Of a stretch of 64,000 nucleotides of DNA, positions 15,301-29,959 are shown piece by piece (position 1 is the stretch's first letter; every line of letters starts with the position of its first letter). This DNA is from Blasia pusilla (Eukaryota). Both the position numbers and the translations under genes were made by a program. The notes under the pieces were generated by a model. The model was not told the origin of the DNA. It made no database searches and was given only the letters and a program-made list of their open reading frames with translations. The stretch spans positions 31,186,001-31,250,000 of the forward strand of contig CM114271.1 in NCBI GenBank assembly GCA_050084515.1. The letters are read 5' to 3'.

Positions 15301-16343
15301 GATAGAGTTTAAAAAGGAGGCAGGGAATTTCGAAACTTGATCATCTCGTTGATGAACTCCACGGGATTTGATCGGTATTCTCATCTGTCTCTATCGAATT
15401 TTTGTGTGGCCACATGCAATCCGGTTGTGCAGCTTCCAATTGCGAGTTTCTTGAGCTTCTCCGGTGCCGAAACGGCCAAGAAAACTGACCGCTGGCGCTT
15501 TCGTGTCAAGAAACGAGGGTTTGTTCGGTTGGTTCTGCGGAATTTTATAGCTTGATCGGCAGCTCACCGAGCATTGCTGGTAAGGCGACTTCCATGCTCG
15601 ATAGTCGATGTTTAGGTGTGGTTTTTCGTTCTGGTCATATACGCAGGTTCTTTTCAGGGGAGGATGAAGTAGGTTTCGTCACCTGTTGGATCGATGTAAG
15701 TTACCCACACGTCTTGGCTTTTGCAACGTCTAGTTTCCAACCTACTATAGGCTCCGAATAACTTTGAAAGCTCAAATTTGACGGTTTTGTGCATCTTGAA
15801 GTATATTTCGTTGTGAATCTACTCAAGGATGTCTCCGAGAGCTTGGACATTTCTCGGCCGGTCTAGCTCAACTGCCGTTGCTTCGGGTTGGCTACATACT
15901 TTGTATTGCCGTCGGATAGGAACACCCATGACCCATTTTGGCTAGATTTCTTTCGATTTGTTGGACTTTCACATCTCTTGAGACCGGATCTGTTCTGTTG
16001 CCTTGTCACAATATTCATCTTGCACCCTTTCCTCCTTGTCCCTCCTTCAGTAACTCTGCGTGTTGAAATCTTCTGAGTTCTTTCAAATCCTTAAGCAAGA
16101 TTTCTTGGATCTTGACTGAACTCAGGAGTAGTTGGTGTATAGTCCTTTCCTTTGTGGTGTTTCTACTCTCCTTTTCATGGAGCACAGAAGAAGGATGATC
16201 ATCCACTAACTTGTACTAGGCTTATCAGGGTAGATTTCCTCCGGTCTGTAGCTGTGGAGGGATGTGCTTGCTTGACGGTTTTCTCCCGTTGGCTTTGCTT
16301 CCAGCTCGCCTATTGTGTTCCAGTTACTGCATGTCCGTCTCAG

Positions 16344-19300
16344 ATGGAGTGTGCCGAAGCGTTCTTACACTCCGCGCTTCAAACGGGACCAACATCACCT
16401 AGTCCCTATGACGACGACGACGACGACGACTTGGTGCAGTTCCTGGAATCAGAGGTCTTGAGCCTCGATGAAATTCCCTGTTCTGCTACTTCCGATTGGA
16501 ATGATGCGGAGGCTGAAGAGCCGGACCCCAAGGTTTGTAGTTAGCGACATCTTTGAGTTTGCTTGTTGGCAAGTTTGTGGAGCGTTATCGCTGGCTGGGA
16601 TGTGGCTTGTTGTTTCCTAGTAGTGAGTTGTCCAGAAGTCTTCGAGGTATTCTTGGTCGTGTGGGCTTGGGTTGAGGTCCGGTTTAGCATTGGATCTTTG
16701 AGTGTTGTGGTTAGAGCTGGTCCCCGCAGCGCGTCCTAGGATGGCAAGAGTATACTGCTATGTAGAGGGAGGTCTTATCATCTTCTGTCTCGGTTTGGGT
16801 TGGTCGCTTGACAGGACATTGCTTCCTACTAGTGAGCCTCTTGATGTCCAACCTAGACGATTGGGCTGTAGAGTGCATTGGATTTGTTAGGTTCTCTGTT
16901 GCCATTGATATTTTCGATCGACATGATCTTGTTGAAATATGTAGCCGCGACGTTATATCCTTGATGACAGCCGAGGGTTCATTTATGCTGCCGCTTGCTT
17001 GCTTTCGTTTCTGACTATCATCATCACTACCTTCTCGTCTATCTCGAGGTTTCGTTGAAATCTTTGAGCGTGTCAAGTACTCCCAAGTCGTATTACCTCC
17101 TCTAACTTCTTCGGCCAGAAGTTTTAATCACTTTGATTCAATGGTGGATATACCAGACTTGACTGTTTACCGGATGGGCATCGCTGCACGCCATCTGAAC
17201 TCTCGCGCTGCGGGGACTCCCCAGCGATGCTTATCCAGCGGGTGTTCCAAAGAAACCTTATGCCTGGGTATGCAATTACCTCAATTTGCTGCTATGTTGC
17301 TGCTTGAAGTACGGTGGTGAAGTCTCCTGACGATTGGTCGTTTGCTCTAACATCTATTCGTCTATATTTCGATTACGTATGTGTCACCTGATATTCATTC
17401 AGGTTCCTGGAGAAGAAATACCGGCTATGCAAAAACGGCTTGGAGAAGCAGGTGATAGTCGCAAGGTTCATTCCACACCTGGTATGGATACTGCCAACGT
17501 CGGCAAGGTCCACTACATACATGGTATTGACACAGGACATTTTGGCAAGATTCCCCCGGAGTTGTTTCCGAACATTCTGAAATTTCTGTCTTCTGAGGTA
17601 AGTTGAGATCTTTCAATGATATTGTAGTATATTGTATTAGGGATCCTTCCATTTTTGTAACGGTGGGTGTACAAGTGTCTAAGTTTTAGGTTTTCCGCTT
17701 TTAGGTTTAGCAGAAGATTTTATTCTCAGACCGTTGTTGCCAGGTTACCTGAGAGTTGTCCGTTTCTGTGCGGATCTGTTTCTAATCATCTTATGGAAGG
17801 ATATTGAACTTGTTTTTCGTTTACCCTCTTGTGTAGGATCTCTCAATGTGTGCCGGTGTATGCCAGTTCCTCAGATTCGTGACATCTGATGAGAGTCTGT
17901 GGAGACGATTGTAAGTTTCATCAAATAGTCATTCATGTGATGTGAAAGTGTTGGATTTTAGTTTTCGTTTCTAGAACCGAGACTTTTGCCTGGCTTTGTC
18001 CGTTAAATTCTGAATCAAGGTCTTGCAAGTTTGTGGCGTTCTGCTTATTCTTCATTGTCGTCTTGTTATGCTGTCTGCCGTGATATCCTCCAGGTACTGT
18101 CTCCGATGGGGACCCCCTTCTCAGACAGACCGACGAGGCAAGCCTCGAGGAAGTGCATGGAAGAAGCTTTACTTTGAGGTGAGGGGGACTGCATCTTATC
18201 ATTAACGCCTGTGAGTTCGCATTCGCATTACAGAGCAATTGTTGGCAATCACGTTACACTTCCCACTTTCTCTTGCGAGCCACCTGAAAATAGCTAGGTT
18301 GGTCCTTCTTTCTAATCTTATTCACTTCGTAGACTCTTCGATGTCGAGTACCTTCTGACAGATAGCCTGTCTTCTGGATGAAAGTATTTTAGATTGTGGG
18401 GTTGATATGTGAATGGTGGCTGGATTCTGACAGCGGGACCAGTCTGATATGGTGGAGTTTGTGCGGAATACTCCTGTTGAGTTTCGTGAGTACTACATTC
18501 AAATGCAAGCTGCTAAACGTAGCCAAGCTCCCGCTCCTGCGCTGGTAAAAACTAATCTAGCCAGAAATATATTCAGCAGGGTTCATTTTTTTTTGGAACA
18601 TGGCAAAGTGTAGGAAATACTGTGTTATGTTGAAGTTGATGCGAGAGTGTATCATGTGCAGATAAGTGATGACCTCGTTGTTATCGACACATCAGTCGCT
18701 GATCATGTAACAGCATGGCGGCGTGGCCAAAAGCTTCCGGATGTGTATTTAGGGGATCACTGGTGCTCAGGCCGAACGTGTTCCTACCACCAAATAGGTG
18801 ATATATTTCTGTGTGAAAAAACTGGCCGTGCCCACGGTGAGATTTCCTGCAGTACTGCACAAGTTTTGAGTTGGTTTTGGGGCATTCTTTTGCCTACACA
18901 TTGTCAGAGTCCAGCAGTACTTCTGAAATCCGTTTGTTGAGCTTGTGGAGCCAGAAAGTAGGGTATGTCCTTCAAGTCAAGGGGAAAATCACAAGAGTCT
19001 GATATTTGCCATATCAGACTTGTGATTTTCAGTATGATGTCGAATTACAATGAAAAGTGTTAACTCATCGAATGACGTTATTGTAATTCCAGTATGCGAT
19101 GATACCTGCCGGGAGACTGTACTGGATCCATCGAACGAGCTTTTAGTTTGTACAGTTTCGGGCCGGTGCTTTGATCGCTGGCTCGATGGTGATGATGAAG
19201 ATGACGAGACACAGCCGGTAGGTAGCCTTCTTTCCAGACTAGGTTGGATACGATTCAAATTTACGTGATTCTTGTACAATATTATCTGTGACATAGATTT

Positions 19301-19665
19301 TCCTTCTTAATTAAGGGAGTACCTCTTGAACTTGCAGTCACGGCAGCAAGCAGAAAACAATGCAGCCACAGAGGAGGGGGAGCCATTCATGGGGGCCGGG
19401 AGACTTGGTAATGTACTTTGCGTTCGTAGCTGCATATGTGTGCTGTTCGTGAGTGAGGTTTGATTGAGTGGATGAACTGAAAGTGATTGAAATAATAGCT
19501 GTTGGAATGGGGTTAATGGGACTTGTTTTAAAACAGAGATACAAAATCACGCCTGACGACAATTACTTGTGGACGTTTTCATATGCAGGAAGAGCATATC
19601 TACTCGGGTACAATTGTTTGGACGAGAGGGAATTAGACGCCGCCTTGAGGTCATGCAACTCCTGA
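16344..19665 (+). CDS. SKIP31: F-box protein SKIP31-like, 9 coding exons, 366 aa
   Basis: Exons 16344-16532, 17403-17597, 17837-17910, 18094-18178, 18434-18544, 18662-18836, 19093-19217, 19338-19407, 19589-19665. All introns are GT-AG and phases are consistent (1101 nt). Motifs [13 protein letters not shown]-box [47 protein letters not shown]...VCTVSGRCF and RAYLLGYNC recognised as SKIP31 family from memory. Confidence 0.92.
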
Positions 19666-21299
19666 ACCCGCTTTCTTCCATATTGATGTAATTTGAGAAG
19701 AAATTGTTTCCTCAAAGTCCTAGGAAGTCTGTGCAAGGCATCATTATTAGGAGTCGAGAGAATGAAGTGTGCGGATGAAATCTGACACTCTGGCCTGCGT
19801 ACTATCACTTTCAGGGAGGTGGTGTATCCCCGGGCTAAGAAGCTGAAATTGTACCCTACTTGTGCGTGCGATTGATGGCCTCATAATTCATAGAGTAGGA
19901 ATTGTCATTTTGTACATCTCGTATTTGTTCAAATTAGCGACAATCGGAGATTTTGGTTGGTGATAGAAAGCAACAATGGAGAAGTCATCAACTTGAAGTT
20001 ATAGAGGATAATTTTATACTTAAATACAATTTTAGGAGATCAATGTTCCCCTACATGGGTGGAGATAGATCAAGCCGAATCCTCTTATCCACTTCTTTTA
20101 TCTCGACAGTCTTGAGCCTCTCGTACCTGGGTTAAAGCGGAGCTCTTTTTTGAATGGTGCAGTTCTTAATTGCACACTACGACGAAGATAAAACACCCAC
20201 ATTACGTGTAATAAAAATTGAAATTTGGTTGCCAGTTTGCGGGTGATAGTTATGGATGGTTTATCTGGGGTTGCATATAAGTTGAGATTTTTCGCAATCA
20301 GGAGACGGTATGTAGTGATATTGTGGAACTCCATCGAAACTTGCTGGTATAACCGCAAAACTCTCAAGAGAAACAAGTTGGTATTGAGGCCAGGGAATAT
20401 TGAATCCGACTACAACTAAGGATCCAGACCTCCATGTGAAATTCGGGAGAAACAAGGTTATTATCATGGAAGTGACAAAAATGTATCAGACATTGACAGT
20501 AAAGTACCCGAGTAAACGGAGGGAAGGAAAATTAGTCACGGCCGTACCTTTTATTCCATTCAGAGTGCAAAGGCTGCAGAGGTTCAACCGTGGATGTGAA
20601 GAACTTGTATACTGTGCAAGTGCCAGAATTGGACGTTTGTGCCAGAATTGGACATTTACCAGGATGCATTATTGACAATAATGCATCATGGTAAATGAAC
20701 GGGTATAAGGAAGATCAAACACGATTCTGAGTCTGGGTCCAGGGAGTTTTTTGGTGACAATTGTTACATTTCCGGTCTCTACAAATCCAAGCGGCAATTT
20801 TTGAAGTTTGTCATTCCAGCCGGCGAAATAGATATGAATACAAAGGACACCCTCCCTCGGTTTTTGGATGGTAAGTGACCAACTGAATCGGAAATTCTCA
20901 CATTCTTCCGGCCAGCTCAACACGTATCCAGTTCTCCCCGGACATTGTTATGAGTGTGTAGAGATGATCATACACAACTTCTCAATAGTGTATTGCAGAT
21001 TGCACGAGATAGGTGTTTTTTGATGTATCCAAGTTCCAAGGCTATGTATGTCGAAATTACGCAACATTGGCAAATAATAGAAACAAGAGAATTTTACACA
21101 AACACAAAATTTTATTTAACTCATGTTCTTGTAAATTCAAATCCACTCTCAAAATCAGAGGGTTCATCACAAAACAATTAATATTCATATTGTCCCTTTT
21201 CATAATAATCATTGTTTTGTGAGGAATTCATTCTTCTATGTTAAACTTCCTTGTTTATTTCGTCATGCAAAGAAAGTTTAACGTAGAAGGAGTGAACTC

Positions 21300-22210
21300 C
21301 CGAGGTACTCTCTCTCCCCAAGCCCTCTCCTCATTGATCTATGCATGGATGTCATCTCCTTGACCTTAAACTTGCAATAGTGGGTGAATTTTTTTTTCTA
21401 CAAATATAAAATTAACTCTCTTAAAACAAGGAACTTACTCAACATACAAAGACCTTCAAGTAAACTCCAAATGACCCAAACCAATGAAACTTGCACTTGT
21501 AGATTACCCTACTCCTTAGCACCCCATACTTGGCCTACCATGCTAAACCTATGATCTCTCTTGAGGGTGTTGAGTGGATACTTTCTATTCCACTATGAAA
21601 GATATGAAAGTTTTGTACGTATACATATTACTGCACAACATATATTGTTGTCACTAAGCAAACATAAAAAGCACTTACACAATACATTCGACCATTGAAT
21701 CCAAACGTGATATGGATGATAAGATCATCCATATCACTTGAGCAACTCTAAATGTCTAGCTCCTATTCTATTTACATTTAGGGCATATCCATTGTCCTAA
21801 GAGACTCTAGCAAGAGATGGCGTTAAACATATCATTGCCATCATGTTGAACATCGATCATAAATTAGCATTGTGGTTGCACCGCTCTTGTAGATCCATAG
21901 AATATATATTGCAAGCCTACATATACCATTACCAAGGTTGAATCGATCACTATACCATCAATGTTTGAAAGGTGACATGGCGCACAATTATGCATGTAGT
22001 CCTTCTAAAAATCATCACACCCTTGTAATACCAGAATACCAAATGACCAAACCTATTGTAGGTTGGATGGAACATCCAAAGTCATCCGCATCGTCTATTG
22101 CAAGTAGACACAATCCCAATAGATTCTCTAGATTAGTGGTTGCAATGGAGACTCTGGATTGTTGTTTGATGGTCTTCTCCCCAAATAGTCACATACCTCA
22201 TTATATCCTG
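21300..22210 (-). mobile_element. Highly decayed 3' fragment of the same group (copy D): partial X, Y, PHD and integrase C-terminus
   Basis: 21300-21520 resembles X; ~21610-21690 resembles Y. Minus-strand remnants: GATTMLIYDRCS...LGQWICPKCK*, HNCAPCHLSNIDG, GDCVYLQ*TMRMTLDV. Confidence 0.7.
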
Positions 22211-22559
22211 CGAACTTGACTCAAATCGATAGGGTGTGAATTGCATGAAATAGTCTCTATCTTCCATTGTTGAGCACTCAATCAAACTAATGGTGCGTAC
22301 TCAATCTCCAATAATGCATTGTCTTGAGGCATGACTCCTTCTTTATTAAACATCCAATAAAAGGTATCTCATTCCCACCCATAAGATCCTCTTGTAAGCC
22401 TTGTGCCAACCAATCCACAGATGTGATAGGAGATGGGATGTCAATAGCATTGCTTGGCTCTCTTGCTATATATGTCCACCCTCATGACATGCCTACGAGG
22501 AAAATATTGAAGACAAAGTTATAGTCAAGCTCATCAGACATACGAACAACTACATTTGG

Positions 22560-24030
22560 TACTCACACAAAGTAGAAAATCTTAAACTTGGTTAGTTAGT
22601 TAAGCACAATTATCTTAATTAGGATTAGTTAACCAAAATTAGTATAACTCAAGATTATGATTAGGATTAGGGATAGGGTTGCTTGTTCATATCCTATGTA
22701 GTTGAGAAGTGGATCAGCCTCCATCCATTCTCTCACTGCAAAACATTGGTTCTCCATGATGGTATGTGTGAGAGAGCGTATCCCATCAATTATGCTTGTT
22801 TATAAGTTTTCTACATGATATCATAGCAATAGGAGAACATCAATTGAAATTCTTGATGCTTGAGGAAAGAAGAAAGGCAAGATAAGGCACAATTTGAGTT
22901 TGGGGATTTAAGTCAGAGCTCAAGGATAGAAGATTTGAGGTGGAGTTTTGACCATGACAAAATAAAATTTAGAGTCATTTTTAGGGCTTTTCCAATCGAT
23001 TCAGGAATTTGGATCCCCCTTTGGTCAGAACGATGCTTAAAATTGATTTTGATTGTCTTACAAAACTTATCAAGAGCTTTCCAACAAATCTAAAATCATT
23101 TGATTTTGATATTAAGAGCTCCTACGATAGTAATTTCAATATAGGAAACTACAATTAATGATGGAAAGTTGTGCAGTTTGCTCTCTGTTGGCCAATTTTG
23201 ACTAGTTCTTCCACACAATTGATCAATTTTGGAAAATTTTAGGTCAATTTATGTGTAGGATTGGTTTATGTTTGAATTAGAGAAATGGGGAGCATAAAAT
23301 CACGTTTGGTGAATAAAATCATTCTTCATGGAATATCCCTCAATAACAATCACAAGGAAGAAGCTAGATAAGCAAAATTACAATGTTTGGAAGTTTTGCA
23401 TGAAACAATTTCTCATGGATCAAGAACAGTGGGAGCATGTTATAAGTAATGAGGCCAAACTAGAAGGTGACTCAACACACTTGAATTTTTGCACCTAGAA
23501 CAAACGCGCAAGGAGTAATCCACTATATTTCAATAACGATCAGTTTGCTAATCACTAGTCACATTCAAGATATTGATACTTTGAAGGAGACTTGGGATGC
23601 ATTGGAAAACCTATTTGGCACATCTACAAAGGCAAAAAAAATTCAATTGAGATAAAAATTAAACAAAGTGAGGAAAGGATCGCAAAACATCAATGATTAT
23701 ATTTTGAGCATCAGAAATATTCTTATTAGTCGAATAGCATTGGAATGTAGAAGATGATAATCCGATTTTGTTCACTCTTCAAGGCCTTCCAAAAGATTTC
23801 AAGTCTTTTGAGAACTTTATTTCTATGAGAGAGAAGCATCCAACTTTTCAAGAGTTAGTCCCATTGTTAACTAGAGAGAAGACGCGCCTACTCGGCAACA
23901 CCAGCTCACATAGTGTGCAAGAGAGTGTGCTATTTGGAAGTAATGGATTAAACAGAGGTAGAGATCATAATAAAAGCTTCTGTGGTTATGATGGATATTA
24001 AGGATATGGAGGGAGAGGCACTCAACATAA
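22560..24030 (+). mobile_element. Ty1/copia 5' fragment (LTR end, PBS, decayed gag)
   Basis: CA at 22814-22815 followed by tgatatcatagc (decayed Met-i PBS TGGTATCAGAGC); gag remnants NYNVWKFCMK, ETWDALENLF, LFTLQGLPKDFKSF. Confidence 0.75.
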
Positions 24031-24916
24031 ATTTACTCAATGAATTTTCAATATTGGAACATTGAGAATACTTACGACTTGGCTTTCACAAAGTATACTC
24101 ATATATATCTAGAGAAGTCATCAATAAATGAAATAAAATACTGGAAACCACTAAGGCTATGTTGTGATGTTATCCACATATTATTCTCAACTCCAATATC
24201 TTGGATGTTCTTGTAACTTGCTTTAGAAATGGAAATCTAGCTTTTTTTTCTAAATTGGCAAATAAGAAATATTTCCAGCATAGCAGGACTTGATTAGGAA
24301 TTCTTATTACTAGATTAGATGATGAAAGACTATGTAATCTTTGAAGATTTATATGCCCAATTCTCTTATGCCATACATTGAGATCCGTGACTTATTGGCC
24401 AATTTAAGCTTACATTTCTGTTTGAATCTCTAACATACAAACATCTAATTTGAACATTATACTGGATCTTGTTCCTTTGGCTATCATAGTCCGATCATCC
24501 ATTGCAAGGATGCACATGGACAAAGTCCATGTCAATGCCGTCTCGGGTATCTGCGGCTCACATCCGAGCCTGCCTAGAGCGTACCCAAAGCCCTTTGCGT
24601 AGACCTAGGCTAATAGAGCTCGTACCCATTGCGTGGCCCGCCAAGGCCGTGCGTGGATTTAGGATATCAAATAGAAATCAAATTTCTTGCGATTATGGTA
24701 GGAACATAGAGAACATTTCCAAGAGCATATAAACCATCTAATTCTATTAGGACTTTACTGGTATGCATGATATAATATTGAGTATGATCTACTATGAGGG
24801 TTGTTGTATGATCTTTCACAAGCTCTATTTTGCTAAACCATTTAGCTTGTGAGATCATATGATTTACAAGGTTGCACACGAATAAATTTCGTGTCAACGA
24901 AAATATCCGGGTCCGT

Positions 24917-26192
24917 TGTCGTATAGTAAAATCAGCCAGTGTGTAAACTCCTTCCTTGTTAAGTGTTAGATAGAGTTTTATTAGTATTAAGTAAATTATC
25001 TTAGGAAAAGGAAATCCCCATGTTTAAACCTCTTTATGGTGCCTCTTTTATGCAGGCCCAACTTTAGAAAAGAGGTAATAAATAAAAGATGACTTTATAA
25101 AAGTAAAGTAGTGAGGTTGGTGCTTTAATGAAAAGCAAAAGTAGGCTTGGTTGGTGGCTAGGTTAGTTGGGGTAATTTGGAAAATATCAAGTGGATAAAA
25201 GAGGATATTTTGGAAAAGATAAGAGGAAATCTACTTGTGTCAAAATATGATTGGCTAAGCCTTGAGAGGAAGCCATGTGGCACAAGATAAGATTCGCTCT
25301 ATTTCGTACTCTTGTGGGTCTCTTGTGAGTATATAAAGAGGAGGGACCTTCAAGGGTTCATCACCTTCTATTCCACATCTTGAGTCTTTCGTGTCACTCT
25401 TGAGTGTATGACTTTGGGATTGCTTGCTCTTCCAATGAGAGTGGATCATCCCTCTTGGAGAGTAACTTGACCATGGTCTATTTTTCGAGAGGTTTCTAGA
25501 GTATGGTATGTGTGTGGAGATGAGAGGTTTGTCACCTTAGAGGAGTTTAGTCATACTAAAATAGTTAATGTTTTGGCTTATTACTTCCCCAATGAGAGTG
25601 GATTACCTCTCTTGGGAGAATAACTCCGCAAAAACCCATTCTTGAGGAGAGTAGAGAATGTCTGTCAAACATGGATAGGGGTGGAGCACGAGTTATGCCC
25701 AACTTTCCTTTCCTCAATCCATACCATGTCAAGATACTCTTTGTAGATAGGCACTCGTTCACTCGCTATTTAGTTTATCACTTTGGGGAGGCGTTCATGA
25801 ACCAGGTCATTCAATCTCCAACTCCGGTGATCCTTCCTATCGTCATATATGGAAGGACATGGGATTGTACTTTGTATGTCCTTATATAGCAATCAATGGA
25901 CGTCAATAGGCCTGCTCAAGTAGGGTTTAATACTGGTTGTGCTATCTTCTTCGTATACAATTGTAAAATAGTTTATAGGGATTTTATAGTTAGGAATTTC
26001 GGGGTCCGATGTTACGAAGAAGTGATCGCCTCGGCACTTCCATTTGTGATACCTGTCGTGAGAGAATGGAGAGTATACATAATAATTTTATATTGAAAAA
26101 TGAGATCTTCTCAGAGAATTTATCTTGCATCGACCGCATCTGCCGCAGCTACAAGGCCTGCCCTTACTCGAAGAAAGGCTCTCGACACGACA
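24917..26192 (+). mobile_element. Solo-LTR-like element, ~1.28 kb, copy 1
   Basis: Termini TGTCGT...ACGACA; 4-bp TSD CCGT (24913-24916, 26193-26196); inverted near-copy at 35318-36595. Strand assignment is only relative. Confidence 0.9.
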
Positions 26193-27589
26193 CCGTTCCT
26201 AGGACAAACAAGTTCGTGTAGGCACGGATACATGCGTTCCGCACTTGAGCCCGCCCTGCCCCGCTCATAACGTACACCTAGGCTCGGCCAACCCGCATCT
26301 TGTCTCAAAATCCATCGTCCGTCTTGTAGCCCGTACCGACCCACGCTAAGTTGGCATTGGTAAGCGGTAGTTCCCCATAGGGTAGGTTGGGGCCCTCCTT
26401 GTGCGGGCATGTTGCGGACCGATGCGAGCAAAGTGCGGGCCGATTCGTGTCCATCTCCCTTAATCTAAGCTTGCACATGTTCTCGCGCCCCGAGCTTGCT
26501 TGGGTCATGGGGATGCTGGTAGCCCCCAATCCAATTACAACCCCAAAGTAAACATAGATGGGGTGGTTCACGTAGAAATCCTAGGTCAGCAAAGGATTGA
26601 TCGAGCTATGCGAGCGTGGCTGGTCCGTTTCATTGACATGTACGATTGAGGCGACTTTATTTATGAAACTGCCATAGATCTCAACGGTTGAATCCACAAG
26701 AAGTTCGAGATGCCTTCAACAAAACTTGACAACTTGTGCTAAACCATCATCAAAATCCATTAGTGGATGACCTTGTCTTGCAGAGACTTGAATTGATCTT
26801 GCCACCTTTCTTATGGCAAGATATTCCTCAAAGGATGGAAGGGGGATTTCTCGAACATACCATTATCCTTGTCGAATGCAGGAGGAACTCTTTGGATTCT
26901 TCGAGTGAGATTGGGAGATGTTTCCAATACAGCCAACACAAGAAACAGATGATGGTGAAGCCGATGTTGAGTTGGAGAGGACTATTCCTCGTCTGATGAT
27001 GTATCAGATTAGATAAAATGAGTTCATATTTATATCTTTGTAATATACATAAGTATACTCTTCCTCTCAATCCATATGTTTTGTGGGGTATCACCCTTTT
27101 TGGTAGAAAATATTTCAAAAGGTTACTTGAAAATGGTTTATTTGTTTATAGTTTATGGATTGGCATTAGAGGCAATCTACTACAAAGAGTTGAGAATCAC
27201 CATATGCTCTCGGGGACGTCACCTGAGGATATTAGCATTTCATGAGAGTAGGAAGAAAGTGGTTTTTTAATTTTAAAAAGAGGCAAATTATAATTAACCA
27301 ATTAGTTGCGAAAGGGCTTGAAAAAAAAAAAAAAAAAGGTCCTATTATAATATAGGGTCCAAATAATTGGTAGACCTATACAAATAATTAAAAACTACTA
27401 TAGGGAACTCGATATCCCATGTTGCAACGTTTTCATCATTAAGTATACATTATTTTATCATTTTCTTATTGATCATGATAAAATAAATATAAGAATATAG
27501 GAATAAATATAAAATCATCATTAAGTATACAATAACATCATCTATAAACAATCCATTTTTTTACTATATAAGTAATTGTAGTATATGGA

Positions 27590-28545
27590 TACTTGAAGTT
27601 ACAAAACTTATGAGTATCCAATTTCTCTCATACTTATCCAAAACTTCCAAATATTTTTCAATCATGCATGAAAATTTGAGGATTTGGCTAAACTTTTTTC
27701 ATGGCAAAATATTGCTCCAAAATGAAGCTAACAATAACACAGGGAAATACCATGTTTAAATCATAACTAAAATTTTTAGTGACTTTCACAAGATCTAAAC
27801 CGTTCATTAAATTTAAATACAATCAAGAGGACTCCCCTACAACTTTCAAATCCATGGTAAGGTGCAATGTGATGTTAAAAGTACTACATCCATGCAATAA
27901 AATGAACTTAAGCAAGGCAACAAATTTTCCATGAGGGTTGAATCTACAAAAGCCTCCAAACTTTTCTAACACATGTATGGGATGGTACTCAACATGTATG
28001 AATTATTTTAGACCCATTGGACATTGCATAAATTAATTATAAATGGAAAATGGTTTTAATTTGATGTTTTTTTCCTCCATCCCTCAAATTCCAAAAGAAG
28101 ATCTAAACCAATGAATTACCTCATAATGCAAAAATGGAAATATCCTCAAGGTTTTAGCATAATTCAAAGGTTAAATCTAAGGTGGCGCTAGAACTAAGAA
28201 AAATAAAACAAGAACATAATGCCAATTCTCAAGGTAGATTTTCTATACTTGAAGTTGGAAGTCTTTTGAGTATCCAACTTCTTTGATATTCATAAAAAAA
28301 TTTGAAACTCCTTCAAATCATGCATAGAAGCATGAAGATTTGGCTGAATTTTTTTCATGGGAAACTATTGCCCCGTAGTGAAGCTAAAATAAACAATGAG
28401 AAATGCCAAGTTTAAATCATAACTCATATTTTGAGTGACTTTTAAAAGATCTAAATCGTTCATTAGATTTTATAAAAGCAAGAGTAATCTTCTATAACTT
28501 TCAAATCCATCCAATGGTGGAATGTGATGTAATAAGTACATTAAG
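27590..28545. repeat. Diverged direct repeat, period ~657 bp
   Basis: acttgaagtt...tgagtatccaa at ~27591 and ~28247; aagatctaaa(c/t)cgttcatta at ~27790 and ~28446. Confidence 0.7.
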
Positions 28546-29959
28546 ACAAGAAAACTTGGTTGCGTGATTGCCAAGAGTTGTCAATTTTTGATCCACATCA
28601 TGAAGTTGATAATGAAACAAGTCTTGTGGAGAATGAGCATGCTAGTTATCGTGATGGTGTAAGGGCAAACATCTGGAATGATTTTGTTCCATTAGTTCAT
28701 TCCTCCATGGAGTCAAATTTGTGGAATGAACGAAATCCTTCCTTGGTTCTTCTAAGTGATGACAATACTATAGATGATGGTCTAGCTGATATTCATGTAG
28801 TTGGAGATGAGTTGAGACACGTTATGAGTGAGGTTATGCACGAGAGTGTTGGAGAAAGAAAATATTAGAAAGGTTGATCTTACTGTTACATATTATGGGA
28901 AAACTATATATAAATCAACATTGATGAGCAAACTTATTGGAAATCCTATGCTTTCGAAAGATAGACTTTTAAGAGTCAGAAGTTCATCGATATTTAGTAT
29001 TCCTAAACTTCGCTTACAACCTTTAGACGCACTATGAGCATATATATATGATATTGGTTGTAGAAGTGTGTGCTTTTTAAAGAGGAAGCTTTGTTATCTT
29101 CTACCTCGAGGGCTACAACATCTAGACACATAGGAAAAAATACCAAATGAGTCCCTACAAGTAGCATGGACTGAGGATATACTTACAAAGCTTGGATAAA
29201 TGAAGTTCAAAAGTTGAGGAGAAAAATAGGAAAGAATTGCAAAGAAATAAGGCATGAAATATCATTATATGACAGGGGCATGCTTGACCATGTTGGAGGA
29301 TCTACGACAGAAGATGATGGGATAGACTGTATGTTCAATTGATTCAATCTTGTGAATCAAAACTCAATTCGTTTCATTTATGATAATAATTATGTATAAT
29401 GGATAGAAATAGATAATGTGTGTGAAGATGTTTGGATACTAGATCTTCATGATAGAAAAGTTGTAGATGCTTTCTTAAAAGAAAAAATGACATTTTGAAT
29501 TTAAAATTTTATTATGTCTTAAGTGTATTGTATGTACTTTTTTTCATTTACATCTAATTGGCTCTTTGTATTATGCTTCTTTTATTATATAAATTGTATC
29601 TGCATGGGAAAGAGGCGGTAAGTTTTTTTGAAGATTTTTATAATAGTGAAAGAGTTATTAAAATCCATAATTGAAGAAATTATAATAGCGATGCCTCAAT
29701 TAAAAATTGCAAAAAAAACTAAATAGGGCCTGACTAAGTAAAAAATAATGATAGCGAAGGGTTACTTTAAAGGCCTAGGGTCGCACATGATGTATTAGAC
29801 CCTCTAGGTGACATCCCTAAGCATATGCTTGAGTGTGGCTATATATTTTTTTTGGAAGAAAACTGTTAAATAAGCATAACTGATGGGATTCGGCTCTCAC
29901 ACACACATATGTGAAAGCCGTATATATAAATATAGATATCAATATATGCCTTTGTAAGT

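Noticed and set aside
14948-16343. Short ORFs upstream of the F-box gene, including a Cys-rich 122-aa minus-strand ORF
   Set aside because: No recognisable domain. The region fits promoter, 5' UTR and leader intron, with an AG acceptor directly before the ATG at 16344.
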